A DNA stretch of 64,000 nucleotides from an uncultured Chryseobacterium sp. (GTDB lineage: Bacteria > Bacteroidota > Bacteroidia > Flavobacteriales_D > Crocinitomicaceae): contig CAZAVP010000009.1 of assembly GCA_964488745.1 (NCBI GenBank), positions 15,729 through 79,728 on the forward strand, in the 5' to 3' direction. The translations under genes and the position numbers were made by a program. A model generated the notes under the pieces. It searched no databases. It saw only the letters and a program-made list of their open reading frames with translations, and was not told the origin of the DNA. Positions 27,613 through 36,660 of the stretch are shown piece after piece (position 1 is the stretch's first letter; each line of letters starts with the position of its first letter).

Positions 27613-29718
27613 ATGAGAATCAAAAGCATCCAATCCTTTTTATTTTTAATTCTTTCTTTCTTTCTTTTTTCAAATACTTTTGCTCAACCTTGGAAAAATC
27701 AATTAGCTTTGGATCACTGTTTGGTGAAAAAAGGGGACAACAAAGCTGCTTTAATAATCAAGGCGACCATGATTCCGGGTTTTCATATTTTCTCAGTGGA
27801 TCACGACCCTTTAAAAGCAGATTTTACAGGTCAGCCCTCGGCAATTGAACTCTTGGAACCTTCAAAGAACATCAAACTGCTTGGAAAATTAAAAGAATCT
27901 CGGAAACCAATTGTCCATAACGACGAATTTGGAACCAGTTTATGGTTTGAAAAAAGCGTTGAATTCATCCAAGAGATCGAGGTTCTAACCGACAAAACCT
28001 TTAATTTAACTTTTGTGTTTTCAGGTCAAATTTGCGATGAGAACGGTTGTGTTTTTGTTGAAAGAGATATGCCTGTTAGCTTTAAAGATTTTAAAATAAC
28101 ACAAACAGCTAATTCAATTCCTGCCGAAATCAACAATACACCAGTACAAGAAACGGTTGCAGCAAATCTTCCGAAAGAGATTACTTCCCATGGTGACTCG
28201 TTAAATACAGATGAAACAACGAGTTTGAATGCAATGGAAGTTTCAACTACAAACAATGAAGTCGATTCTGAAAAAGATTTTTCTGGGTTGTTCATTTTCA
28301 TTACTGGATTTGGTGGCGGATTAATTGCTTTATTGACCCCTTGTGTTTTCCCGATGATTCCCATGACGGTCACTTTTTTCACCAAACAGTCAGGAACCCG
28401 TAAAAAAGGAATTATCAATGCGTTGCTCTATGGTGTTTCAATCATTGTTATTTACGTTGCCATTGGACTTTTGATAACTGCAATCATGGGACCTGCTGGA
28501 TTGAATGACTTGTCAACCAACGTGTGGATGAACTTATTCTTCTTTGCGATTTTCATGGTGTTTGCCTTCTCCTTTTTGGGAGCATTTGAAATTCAATTGC
28601 CGGCTTCATGGGTGAACAAAGCAGATGCAAATTCGGACAAAGGTGGATTGATTGGCATCTTTTTCATGGCTTTTACCTTGAGTTTGGTGTCTTTTTCTTG
28701 TACTGGTCCAATCATCGGAACACTTCTGGTAGAATCTTCTCAAAGTGGCATGATGGGCCCAGCAATTGGAATGGCTGGATTTGCCTTGGCATTGGCAATT
28801 CCTTTTACTTTGTTTGCCATTTTCCCTGGTTGGTTAAATACTTTGCCCAAATCAGGTGGTTGGCTAAACTCCGTAAAAGTGGTTTTGGGATTGTTGGAAT
28901 TGGCGTTGGCATTTAAGTTCCTATCAGGCGTAGATTTGGCGTATCATTGGGGGATTTTAACACGAGAAGTTTTCATCGCCATTTGGATTGTCGTTTTCCT
29001 TGCGATCGGACTTTATTTGCTTGGAAAAATTCAATTTGCGCACGATTCACCTGTTGTGAAATTATCCGTGACGCGTTTCATGTTTGCATTGACGGCCTTG
29101 GTTTTTACCGTCTATTTAATCCCAGGAATGTGGGGCGCACCCTTGCGATTGATTGATGGAATTGCACCACCGAGAACGCATTCAGAAGATCACTTTCGAT
29201 TTGTTCGAGGAGAATCAACTGGAAATTCAAGCGCTGTTACCGATCCACTTTTTGCGGAATACAAGAAGGACATGCACGAAGTGGATGGCAATATTTTCGT
29301 ATTCCACGACCTGGAAAAAGGGCAAGAATACGCCAAAAAAGCAAACAAACCCATTTTATTGGATTTTACAGGATACAACTGTCCAAATTGTCGCAGAACC
29401 GAGTCAACCATTTGGACAAACCCTAAAATAAGTCCTGTTTTAAAAAATGACTTGGTAATTATTTCTTTGTATGTAGATGACAAAACAAAATTGCCGAAAG
29501 AAGAATGGAAATATTCCAAAGCTTTGGAAAGTGAAATCAGAACTGTTGGAAACAAATGGGGAGATTATCAAGTTCGTCATTATGGTCAATTAAGTCAGCC
29601 TTTGTATGTGTTTACAGATCCCGATGGAAATGATTTGATAAAGCCAATAGGATACACTCCAAGCGTTGACAAATACCTAGACTTTTTGCAAAAAGGTGTT
29701 GCTAGTTATAAGAAATAA
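27613..29718 (+). CDS. dsbD: Protein-disulfide reductase, DsbD family (N-domain, TM core, thioredoxin)
   Basis: GFHIFS N-domain. TM core with LLTPCVFPMIP and SFSCTGP. C-terminal thioredoxin YNCPNC. Confidence 0.85.
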   Translation: MRIKSIQSFLFLILSFFLFSNTFAQPWKNQLALDHCLVKKGDNKAALIIKATMIPGFHIFSVDHDPLKADFTGQPSAIELLEPSKNIKLLGKLKESRKPIVHNDEFGTSLWFEKSVEFIQEIEVLTDKTFNLTFVFSGQICDENGCVFVERDMPVSFKDFKITQTANSIPAEINNTPVQETVAANLPKEITSHGDSLNTDETTSLNAMEVSTTNNEVDSEKDFSGLFIFITGFGGGLIALLTPCVFPMIPMTVTFFTKQSGTRKKGIINALLYGVSIIVIYVAIGLLITAIMGPAGLNDLSTNVWMNLFFFAIFMVFAFSFLGAFEIQLPASWVNKADANSDKGGLIGIFFMAFTLSLVSFSCTGPIIGTLLVESSQSGMMGPAIGMAGFALALAIPFTLFAIFPGWLNTLPKSGGWLNSVKVVLGLLELALAFKFLSGVDLAYHWGILTREVFIAIWIVVFLAIGLYLLGKIQFAHDSPVVKLSVTRFMFALTALVFTVYLIPGMWGAPLRLIDGIAPPRTHSEDHFRFVRGESTGNSSAVTDPLFAEYKKDMHEVDGNIFVFHDLEKGQEYAKKANKPILLDFTGYNCPNCRRTESTIWTNPKISPVLKNDLVIISLYVDDKTKLPKEEWKYSKALESEIRTVGNKWGDYQVRHYGQLSQPLYVFTDPDGNDLIKPIGYTPSVDKYLDFLQKGVASYKK

Positions 29719-29745
29719 TTTTTCATCTATAACCCATGACTTTTT

Positions 29746-30684
29746 ATGTCTAAAAGCCTGTTGAGCTGGTCATTACTCATTGTATTGTCTTTGATTTGGG
29801 GAAGCTCTTTCATTCTCATGAAAAGAGGTATGACGGCTTTAGATGGTACACCCATTTTTACGCACACACAAGTGGCAGCGCTTCGCATGTGTATTGCTGG
29901 AACTGCACTGTTGCCTTTCACGATTAGGGCTTTTAAAAAACTGAAATCCATTCAAGTATTTCTATTGTTTCTAATTATTGGACTCACAGCCAACTTTTTT
30001 CCTGCGTTTTTATTTACGTATGCGGAAACAGAAGTTTCTTCGGGTTTTGCTGGAATGCTCAACAGTTTTACTCCCGTTTTCACCGTGGTGATTAGCGTGT
30101 TGTTTTTCAGCCAAAAGATGACGCCTATTCAGTTGTTTGGAACCTTTGTGGCAATTGTCGGAAGTGTTTTGCTGATGTTTTCAGGTTACAACGTTTCTTT
30201 CCAAGGTTCTTGGTCGCACATTTTGGCAATCGTTTTAGCGACCTTGTTTTATGGCATTTCGATGAACCTCATCAAATACAAACTAACAGGATTTACATCC
30301 ATGGAGGTTACTTCCTTGGCATACGGGTCTTTTATCATTCCTGCCTATTTTGTTTTGTTTGCAGGCGGAACTCATGAAGTCATCCAATCTTCTCCAAAAG
30401 CGATGGAAGGGCTCTTTTTTATCGGTATTTTGGCTTTGGTTGGAACTGCTTTTTCTGGGGTAGTTTTTAATAAATTGATTGCCAATTCAACAACCGTTTT
30501 TGCAAGTAGCGTCACGTATTTCATTCCAATTGTGGCTGTGTTTATCGGGTTCTTGATTGGTGAGGATTTGAATATGAATCAAGTTGCTTCGATGATGATT
30601 GTCATTTTAGGCGTTTTTACCATTAATTTCTTTTCTAATCGTCCGGAAATCAATTTTATCAAGTTGCTAAAAAAATCGCGCTAA
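29746..30684 (+). CDS. EamA/DMT-family transporter
   Basis: 10 hydrophobic spans in a two-fold repeat. LIWGSSFILMK start is typical of EamA. Confidence 0.8.
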   Translation: MSKSLLSWSLLIVLSLIWGSSFILMKRGMTALDGTPIFTHTQVAALRMCIAGTALLPFTIRAFKKLKSIQVFLLFLIIGLTANFFPAFLFTYAETEVSSGFAGMLNSFTPVFTVVISVLFFSQKMTPIQLFGTFVAIVGSVLLMFSGYNVSFQGSWSHILAIVLATLFYGISMNLIKYKLTGFTSMEVTSLAYGSFIIPAYFVLFAGGTHEVIQSSPKAMEGLFFIGILALVGTAFSGVVFNKLIANSTTVFASSVTYFIPIVAVFIGFLIGEDLNMNQVASMMIVILGVFTINFFSNRPEINFIKLLKKSR

Positions 30685-30716
30685 GAACGATATTTCCATT
30701 TTTAAAAGAGTTATAT

Positions 30717-32003
30717 TTGATTCTAAAATCCCTCAAAGTGAAGCGATTTGGTACTGGTTTGATTTTGTTTTCTCTTTTGTTCACGGGCTGTGGCATGAAT
30801 TTGCCAAAGAACAAACGCGTTTTCATCGAGATGAATTCCAATGTGATTTCAAACGAACTTTATTTGTCAACCATTTTAGATCGATTAAATCAGTTGGAGA
30901 ACCAATCCAATTTGGATACTGATCCACTTTGTATTCTTCACCTTGGCGATTCACACGTGCAAATGGGACATTTCACCAATGCGATTCGAAATGGAATGCA
31001 AGCGGAATTTGGGGGAAGTGAATTGGGCATTTTTTTCCCATACGCTTTATGTGATGGTTACAATCCTGCTGAAATTGACATCCGTTCCAATGCTACGTGG
31101 AAATGTGCCACCAATTCAAGGCCAGATTCTAGCATTCAAGTAGGAATTACTGGAGCGACCGCACAAACGACTGATTCCATTAGTCAAATTCAGTTCGCCT
31201 TCAAGGGAAATAAAAAACTGAAAACTGTTTCTGTTTATCATCAGAATTTGGCAAATCAATTTGAAATTCGGTGTGAAGGTGCCCTTATTCAAACCCATTC
31301 CAACGGTCGCCAAACAGCTTTTACAATCATTGCCTTGGCTGAAGAAGCCGCTGAAATTCAAATTGAAATCATAAAATTAACTGCCGATGATAAGCATTTC
31401 TCCCTTTATGGTGTTTCTATGAATCAATTACCATCCGAAGGAATTGACTATCATGCATTTGGTGTTTCAGGAAATCAATATCCATTTTACGCAGACTTAA
31501 GTCCCTTGTTTGAAGCGCAATTGAGAGATTTGAATCCAGATTTAATCATTCTTTCCCTGGGCTCTAATGACGCTTATCGAAAAGGCATAGATTCGATTCA
31601 TTACCAACAATTGATAACTGCTTTCATAACGACCATTCAAGGGATTGCACCAAAAATCTCCTTGATCATCACTTCACCTCCAGACACAAAATATAAAAAC
31701 CAGCGACCTGCTTCCGAAAACATCATTTTGAACAGCATTCGTCAAGCATCGCAATTGACACAAATTTCGACTTGGGACTTTCATACTTTGATGGGCGGAT
31801 TTGAAAGCAATCCTCAATGGCAAAAAATGAACCTTGCAAACAAAGATGGTTTGCACCTTACTGATGAAGGTTATCAGCTTGAGGGAAAGCTTTTTAATAT
31901 CGCCTTGGCAAAAGCTTTGAAAAACAAATATCCCAGCAGTACTTGGTTGGAGAAATCTGAAAAAGAATACCAAAATCAAATTTTGAAAGCAAAACTATTT
32001 TAA
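30717..32003 (+). CDS. SGNH/GDSL-family hydrolase lipoprotein
   Basis: HLGDSH, SLGSNDA, DGLHLT blocks. A more likely start is GTG 30738, giving MKRFGTGLILFSLLFTGC. Confidence 0.65.
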   Translation: MILKSLKVKRFGTGLILFSLLFTGCGMNLPKNKRVFIEMNSNVISNELYLSTILDRLNQLENQSNLDTDPLCILHLGDSHVQMGHFTNAIRNGMQAEFGGSELGIFFPYALCDGYNPAEIDIRSNATWKCATNSRPDSSIQVGITGATAQTTDSISQIQFAFKGNKKLKTVSVYHQNLANQFEIRCEGALIQTHSNGRQTAFTIIALAEEAAEIQIEIIKLTADDKHFSLYGVSMNQLPSEGIDYHAFGVSGNQYPFYADLSPLFEAQLRDLNPDLIILSLGSNDAYRKGIDSIHYQQLITAFITTIQGIAPKISLIITSPPDTKYKNQRPASENIILNSIRQASQLTQISTWDFHTLMGGFESNPQWQKMNLANKDGLHLTDEGYQLEGKLFNIALAKALKNKYPSSTWLEKSEKEYQNQILKAKLF

Positions 32004-32054
32004 TTCAAAATTAAAAATTGCATTCCTGCTTTCCATTTCAAGAAATAGATTGCG

Positions 32055-32062
32055 TATCTTTG
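32055..32062 (+). promoter_or_regulatory. -7 promoter box TATCTTTG upstream of queD
   Basis: Exact octamer 16 nt upstream of the GTG at 32079. Confidence 0.45.
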
Positions 32063-32078
32063 CCTTTTAAATAGAATC

Positions 32079-32510
32079 GTGAGAACAGTTTATATCATTA
32101 GAAAAGAGCATTTTAACGCAGCGCATAAGTTGTGGAGAGAAGAATGGAGTTCCGAAAAAAATGAAGAAGTTTTTGGGAAATGCAGCAATAAAAATTGGCA
32201 CGGACATAATTTCAACCTGTTTGTTACTGTTAAAGGAATTCCGAATCCAGAGACTGGCTTTGTAATTGATTTGAAGACTTTGAGTAAAATCATCAAACGC
32301 GACGTGATTGAAGCTTTGGATCACAAGAATTTGAACCTAGATGTTCCATTTTTACAAGGAATGTTGCCGTCCACAGAAAATTTAATCATCGAGATTTGGA
32401 AAATCTTAGAAAAATCAATCCAATTAGAAGGAGGCGTTTTGGCCAAATTGAGATTGGAAGAAACGGAGAATAATGCGGTTGAATATTTTGGAGGCAAGGA
32501 GCCTTATTAA
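32079..32510 (+). CDS. queD: 6-carboxytetrahydropterin synthase / 6-pyruvoyl-tetrahydropterin synthase family
   Basis: FNAAHKL, CSNKNWHGHNF and LDHKNLN motifs. GTG start. Confidence 0.85.
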   Translation: MRTVYIIRKEHFNAAHKLWREEWSSEKNEEVFGKCSNKNWHGHNFNLFVTVKGIPNPETGFVIDLKTLSKIIKRDVIEALDHKNLNLDVPFLQGMLPSTENLIIEIWKILEKSIQLEGGVLAKLRLEETENNAVEYFGGKEPY

Positions 32511-32596
32511 AACGCAAAGCTTCAAAAAGGTTACTTTCAAACGATTAAATTTCCTAATTTTTAGATAAAAAGGAATTCTGTTATGAGATAACTGTT

Positions 32597-32604
32597 TATC
32601 TTTG
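32597..32604 (+). promoter_or_regulatory. -7 promoter box TATCTTTG upstream of folE
   Basis: Exact octamer 79 nt upstream of the ATG at 32684. Confidence 0.4.
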
Positions 32605-32683
32605 AGCATAAAAAAGCAAAACATGTTTGTTAAATTACCAAACCCATCCCATGAATTAGCTGATTAAGAGACATTAAATAAAA

Positions 32684-33268
32684 ATGAATATAAAAGACGA
32701 AGAAATCACCAAAAAAATCGCTGGGGTTTACAGCGACATCATCCTTGATTTGGGTGAAGATCCAACCAGAGAAGGCTTGCTTAAAACACCTGAAAGAGTT
32801 GCAAAATCACTTCAATTTTTAACACACGGAAGTAAAATCAATCCAGCAGAAATATTAAAAACTGCGTTGTTTCAAGAAGATTATTCTGAAATGGTCATCG
32901 TGAAAGACATTGAATTATACTCACTTTGCGAACATCACATGCTTCCATTTTTTGGAAAAGCGCACATTGCCTACATTCCAAACGGAACGATTGTGGGTTT
33001 GAGCAAAATTCCTAGAGTGGTAGATGCTTTTGCACGCAGACTGCAAGTTCAAGAACGTTTGACGATTGAGATCAGAGATTGCATTCAAGAAACTCTTAAG
33101 CCTCTTGGCGTAGCGGTGGTAATTGAATGTGCTCACATGTGTATGCAAATGAGAGGAATTCAAAAGCAAAATTCTGTTACTACAACCAGTGCATTTACAG
33201 GAGTTTTCTTGAAAAATGACTCTACAAGAAAAGAATTTATTAATTTAGTAAAATCAAATTTACATTAA
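32684..33268 (+). CDS. folE: GTP cyclohydrolase I
   Basis: [38 protein letters not shown]. Confidence 0.95.
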   Translation: MNIKDEEITKKIAGVYSDIILDLGEDPTREGLLKTPERVAKSLQFLTHGSKINPAEILKTALFQEDYSEMVIVKDIELYSLCEHHMLPFFGKAHIAYIPNGTIVGLSKIPRVVDAFARRLQVQERLTIEIRDCIQETLKPLGVAVVIECAHMCMQMRGIQKQNSVTTTSAFTGVFLKNDSTRKEFINLVKSNLH

Positions 33269-33277
33269 GCTAAAAAA

Positions 33278-33997
33278 ATGGAAAATTATTTAGATCAACA
33301 ACAACATGAAGGAATGACGCGTGAATTGACACGTGATTTTTTTAAGAATGTGTATGGTTACATGTTCATGGCCCTTTTGGTTTCAGGAGCAATTGCTTAT
33401 TACGTGGGTAGTTCCAGCGATTTATTTGCTCAGTTCTTTGTAACTGAAACAGGCGGAATCAGTCCACTGTTTTATGTAATCATGTTTTCTCCTTTGGTAT
33501 TGACATTCATTATTCAAGGCGGATACCGTCGTTTTTCTTTGCCGACATTGACTGTTTTATACGTCATCTATTCTGCTTTGATGGGATTGATGTTAAGCAC
33601 CATCTTCCTTGCCTATTCCATGAATTCCATTGCAATTACTTTCTTCGTATCCGCTGGAGCCTTTGGAGGAATGGCTGTTTTAGGCTACACAACCAAAACC
33701 GATTTAACCAAATTCGGTAGTTTGTTATACATGGCTTTCATTGGTTTATTCATCGCCATGATTGTAAACATTTTCATGAAAAGTGGCATGATGGACTTCG
33801 TGATTTCGATCGCTGGAGTTTTCATCTTTACTGGTTTGACGGCTTACTGGATGCAAAAATTAAAATCAACTGCTGAAGACAACATGTTGGACGGCATTGA
33901 AAGAAGAAAATTAGCCTTGGTTGGCGGAATGACTTTGTACATCTTATTCATCAACTTGTTCTTATCGCTTTTGCGTTTAATGGGAAATAGAGAATAA
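33278..33997 (+). CDS. Bax inhibitor-1/YccA-family membrane protein
   Basis: Seven TM spans and a family-typical C-terminal basic end. 239 aa. Confidence 0.8.
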   Translation: MENYLDQQQHEGMTRELTRDFFKNVYGYMFMALLVSGAIAYYVGSSSDLFAQFFVTETGGISPLFYVIMFSPLVLTFIIQGGYRRFSLPTLTVLYVIYSALMGLMLSTIFLAYSMNSIAITFFVSAGAFGGMAVLGYTTKTDLTKFGSLLYMAFIGLFIAMIVNIFMKSGMMDFVISIAGVFIFTGLTAYWMQKLKSTAEDNMLDGIERRKLALVGGMTLYILFINLFLSLLRLMGNRE

Positions 33998-34022
33998 TCG
34001 CAGTTGAAATGAGTATATGGAA

Positions 34023-34050
34023 GGAGAAAATTTCGGTTTTCTCCTTTTTT
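34023..34050 (+). terminator. Rho-independent terminator
   Basis: Stem ggagaaaa/ttttctcc followed by T6. Confidence 0.8.
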
Positions 34051-34129
34051 GTTAACCTTAATTTTTCAAAGAGTCGGAGAAAAACTTAAAACTTTTCAAC
34101 ATAAAACTTTTATCAATTCTTTTTTTGTG

Positions 34130-34137
34130 TATCTTTG
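34130..34137 (+). promoter_or_regulatory. -7 promoter box TATCTTTG upstream of rplU-rpmA
   Basis: Exact octamer 26 nt upstream of the ATG at 34164. Confidence 0.5.
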
Positions 34138-34163
34138 CCCCTCATTATATTATAAAATAAGCT

Positions 34164-34514
34164 ATGTACGCAATTGTAGAGATAGCAGGGCAGCAAATTA
34201 AAGTGCAAAAAGACCAAAAGGTTTTTGTTCACAGATTGAAAGCTGAAGCAGGGTCAAAAGTAGAATTTGACAAAGTGCTTTTAGTTGATAACGAAGGAGC
34301 AATCACATTAGGCGCCCCGGCTATAGAAGGAGCATTGATTACCGCAGAGGTAATTGAGCACGTTAAAGGTGATAAAGTAATCGTTTTCAGAAAGAAAAGA
34401 AGAAAGGGTTACAGAAAGAAAAACGGTCACCGTCAATCGTTTACAGCGATCACAATTTCTGGAATCAACCTTCCTTCTGCAAAGAAAGAGAAGAAAGAAA
34501 AAGCAGAAGCGTAA
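34164..34514 (+). CDS. rplU: 50S ribosomal protein L21
   Basis: [14 protein letters not shown] start and [15 protein letters not shown]. Confidence 0.95.
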   Translation: MYAIVEIAGQQIKVQKDQKVFVHRLKAEAGSKVEFDKVLLVDNEGAITLGAPAIEGALITAEVIEHVKGDKVIVFRKKRRKGYRKKNGHRQSFTAITISGINLPSAKKEKKEKAEA

Positions 34515-34559
34515 ATAACCTTATCTGATGTTTAGACATTAGATGTAAAAAATAAAAAA

Positions 34560-34829
34560 ATGGCACATAAGAAAGGAGCGGGTAGTTCAAAAAACGGTCG
34601 TGAGTCAGAAAGTAAACGTCTAGGCGTTAAAATTTATGGAGGTCAAGCTGCTATCGCTGGGAACATCATTGTTCGTCAACGCGGTACTGCACACCACCCA
34701 GGAGCAAATGTTGGAATTGGAAAAGACCATACTTTGTTTGCTTTGACAGATGGATTAGTTGAATTTCGCAAGAAAAAAGACAATCGTTCGTTTGTATCAG
34801 TAGTACCTTTTGAAACTACCGAGGCATAA
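34560..34829 (+). CDS. rpmA: 50S ribosomal protein L27
   Basis: [24 protein letters not shown]...IIVRQRGT. Confidence 0.95.
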   Translation: MAHKKGAGSSKNGRESESKRLGVKIYGGQAAIAGNIIVRQRGTAHHPGANVGIGKDHTLFALTDGLVEFRKKKDNRSFVSVVPFETTEA

Positions 34830-34850
34830 TCGAACTTAAAACATTCAAAA

Positions 34851-34884
34851 ACGGATTTCGAAAGCTCGAAGTCCGTTTTTTTTT
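34851..34884 (+). terminator. Rho-independent terminator after rpmA
   Basis: Stem acggatttcga/tcgaagtccgt followed by T9. Confidence 0.8.
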
Positions 34885-34965
34885 CACCCTGTATTTTGAA
34901 GAATTTCTAAATTGAAGAAAGTCAAAATATAGAATCATTTAGTAATTTAGCGCCAAAAAGATATC

Positions 34966-36237
34966 ATGTTAGAAATACAACGCATTCGCACAGAAAAAGA
35001 GGCAGTTATCGAAGGATTGAAGAAAAGACACTTTGATGCGACACCAATCGTAGAAGCACTTTTAACGAAAGACCAAGAATGGAGAGAAACCAAAACCGAA
35101 TTAGAATCCATTTCAGCGGAATTAAACCAAATTTCCAAATTGGTTGGCGAATTATTTCAACAAGGTAAAACTGCTGAAGCAAATGAAGCTAAAGAAAAAA
35201 CGGCTACTTTAAAAACACAGGAAACTGCGTTAAAAGATAAAGTAAGTGCATTAGATGCTGCTATCTTAGAATTGATGTATCAATTGCCAAACGTTCCAAA
35301 CGCGTTGGTTAAGGCTGGTAAAAGCGAGCAAGAAAACGAAATCATTGACGAAGTTGGCAGCAAACATATTTTTGAAGGCGAAGCTTTGCCACACTGGGAT
35401 ATTACCAAAAAATACGACCTCATCGATTTTGAATTAGGCGTTAAAATTACCGGTGCAGGATTCCCAGTTTACAAAGGAAAAGGTGCCAAATTACAACGAG
35501 CCTTGATTCAGTTTTTCTTGGATGAAGCGGATAAAGCAGGTTATGAAGAACACATGGTTCCACTTTTGGTTAACGAAGCGTCTGGAATTGGAACGGGACA
35601 ATTGCCTGATAAAGAAGGTCAAATGTACCATTGCGAAGTAGATGATTTGTATTTAATTCCAACTTCTGAAGTTCCATTGACCAACATTTACAGAGATGTA
35701 ATTCTTCCAAACGAAGATTTCTCGATTAAATTAACCGGTTTTACTTCTTGTTTTAGAAGAGAAGCAGGTTCTTACGGAAAAGATGTTCGCGGATTAAACC
35801 GTTTGCACCAATTTGAAAAGGTAGAAATCGTTCGCATCGAACATCCAAAAAATTCCGAAAAGGCCTTGGAGGAAATGGTAGATCACGTGCGCGGAATCCT
35901 ATCTAAATTGGGCTTACATTACCGAATTTTAAGATTGTGTGGTGGCGATACGGGATTTGCTTCTGCAATAACGTACGACTTTGAAGTATATTCCGCAGCA
36001 CAAGAAAGATGGTTGGAAGTTTCTTCCGTTTCTTTGTTCAACACCTTCCAAGCAAATCGCTTAAAACTGAGATTTAAAACAGAAGATAAGAAAACACAAT
36101 TAGCACATACTTTGAACGGCTCTGCTATGGCATTGCCAAGAATTATCGCTGCGATGTTGGAGAATTACCAAACAGATGAAGGCGTTGTGATTCCAGAGGT
36201 GTTGCATCCATATTTGAATTTTAAGATCATTCAATAA
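34966..36237 (+). CDS. serS: Serine--tRNA ligase
   Basis: N-terminal coiled-coil arm, FRREAGS, GLNRLHQFEKVE, TLNGSA. Confidence 0.95.
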   Translation: MLEIQRIRTEKEAVIEGLKKRHFDATPIVEALLTKDQEWRETKTELESISAELNQISKLVGELFQQGKTAEANEAKEKTATLKTQETALKDKVSALDAAILELMYQLPNVPNALVKAGKSEQENEIIDEVGSKHIFEGEALPHWDITKKYDLIDFELGVKITGAGFPVYKGKGAKLQRALIQFFLDEADKAGYEEHMVPLLVNEASGIGTGQLPDKEGQMYHCEVDDLYLIPTSEVPLTNIYRDVILPNEDFSIKLTGFTSCFRREAGSYGKDVRGLNRLHQFEKVEIVRIEHPKNSEKALEEMVDHVRGILSKLGLHYRILRLCGGDTGFASAITYDFEVYSAAQERWLEVSSVSLFNTFQANRLKLRFKTEDKKTQLAHTLNGSAMALPRIIAAMLENYQTDEGVVIPEVLHPYLNFKIIQ

Positions 36238-36270
36238 ATTAAATAAGCAGATCAAGAGTTTTTACAAAAG

Positions 36271-36301
36271 CCTAAAGAGTTTCGACTTTTTAGGTTTTTT
36301 T
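36271..36301 (+). terminator. Rho-independent terminator after serS
   Basis: Stem cctaaa/tttagg followed by T7. Confidence 0.6.
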
Positions 36302-36406
36302 GGTTTTGGGTGCAAACGAATATCAACAGATTTTCAAAATAAACTTCAATCAATTTATAAAATTGAAATCGAGATATTGAGAAATAAAGACTAATTTTAG
36401 TAGACT

Positions 36407-36577
36407 AGGGCAAACGCATTTAAAATTTTCTAAGTCTAAATTTTAGAAAAGACAATTTTATCAAGCGGTGGATTAATCCACCGCTTGATTGCAAACTGAG
36501 ATGAGTTGTTTGTGGCATGCGTTTTTGTTTAAAAACCATGACATAAACCAATTTTGAAGTTAAATGCGTTTGCCCTG
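36407..36577. mobile_element. 171-bp MITE, copy 1
   Basis: 17-bp terminal inverted repeats AGGGCAAACGCATTTAA. Flanking direct repeat TTTAGTAGACT at 36396-36406 and 36578-36588. Internal 26-bp perfect palindrome at 36462-36487. Second copy at 56606. Confidence 0.85.
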
Positions 36578-36660
36578 TTTAGTAGACTAATGCTTTTTGA
36601 ATTTGAAAAAATTATTGGCATTGACGTAAAGAAATTATTGAAAAACAATGAAGAGTAAGC

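Noticed and set aside
32511-32683. Possible riboswitch (THF or preQ1 class) in the long folE leader.
   Set aside because: I could not recognise any conserved riboswitch core or convincing pseudoknot or hairpin by eye. An Infernal/Rfam scan would be needed.
36510-36530. Sigma-54-like TGGCAT-n5-TTTGT inside the MITE.
   Set aside because: The -12 element lacks the GC of the TTGC consensus at the correct spacing, so this is probably coincidental.
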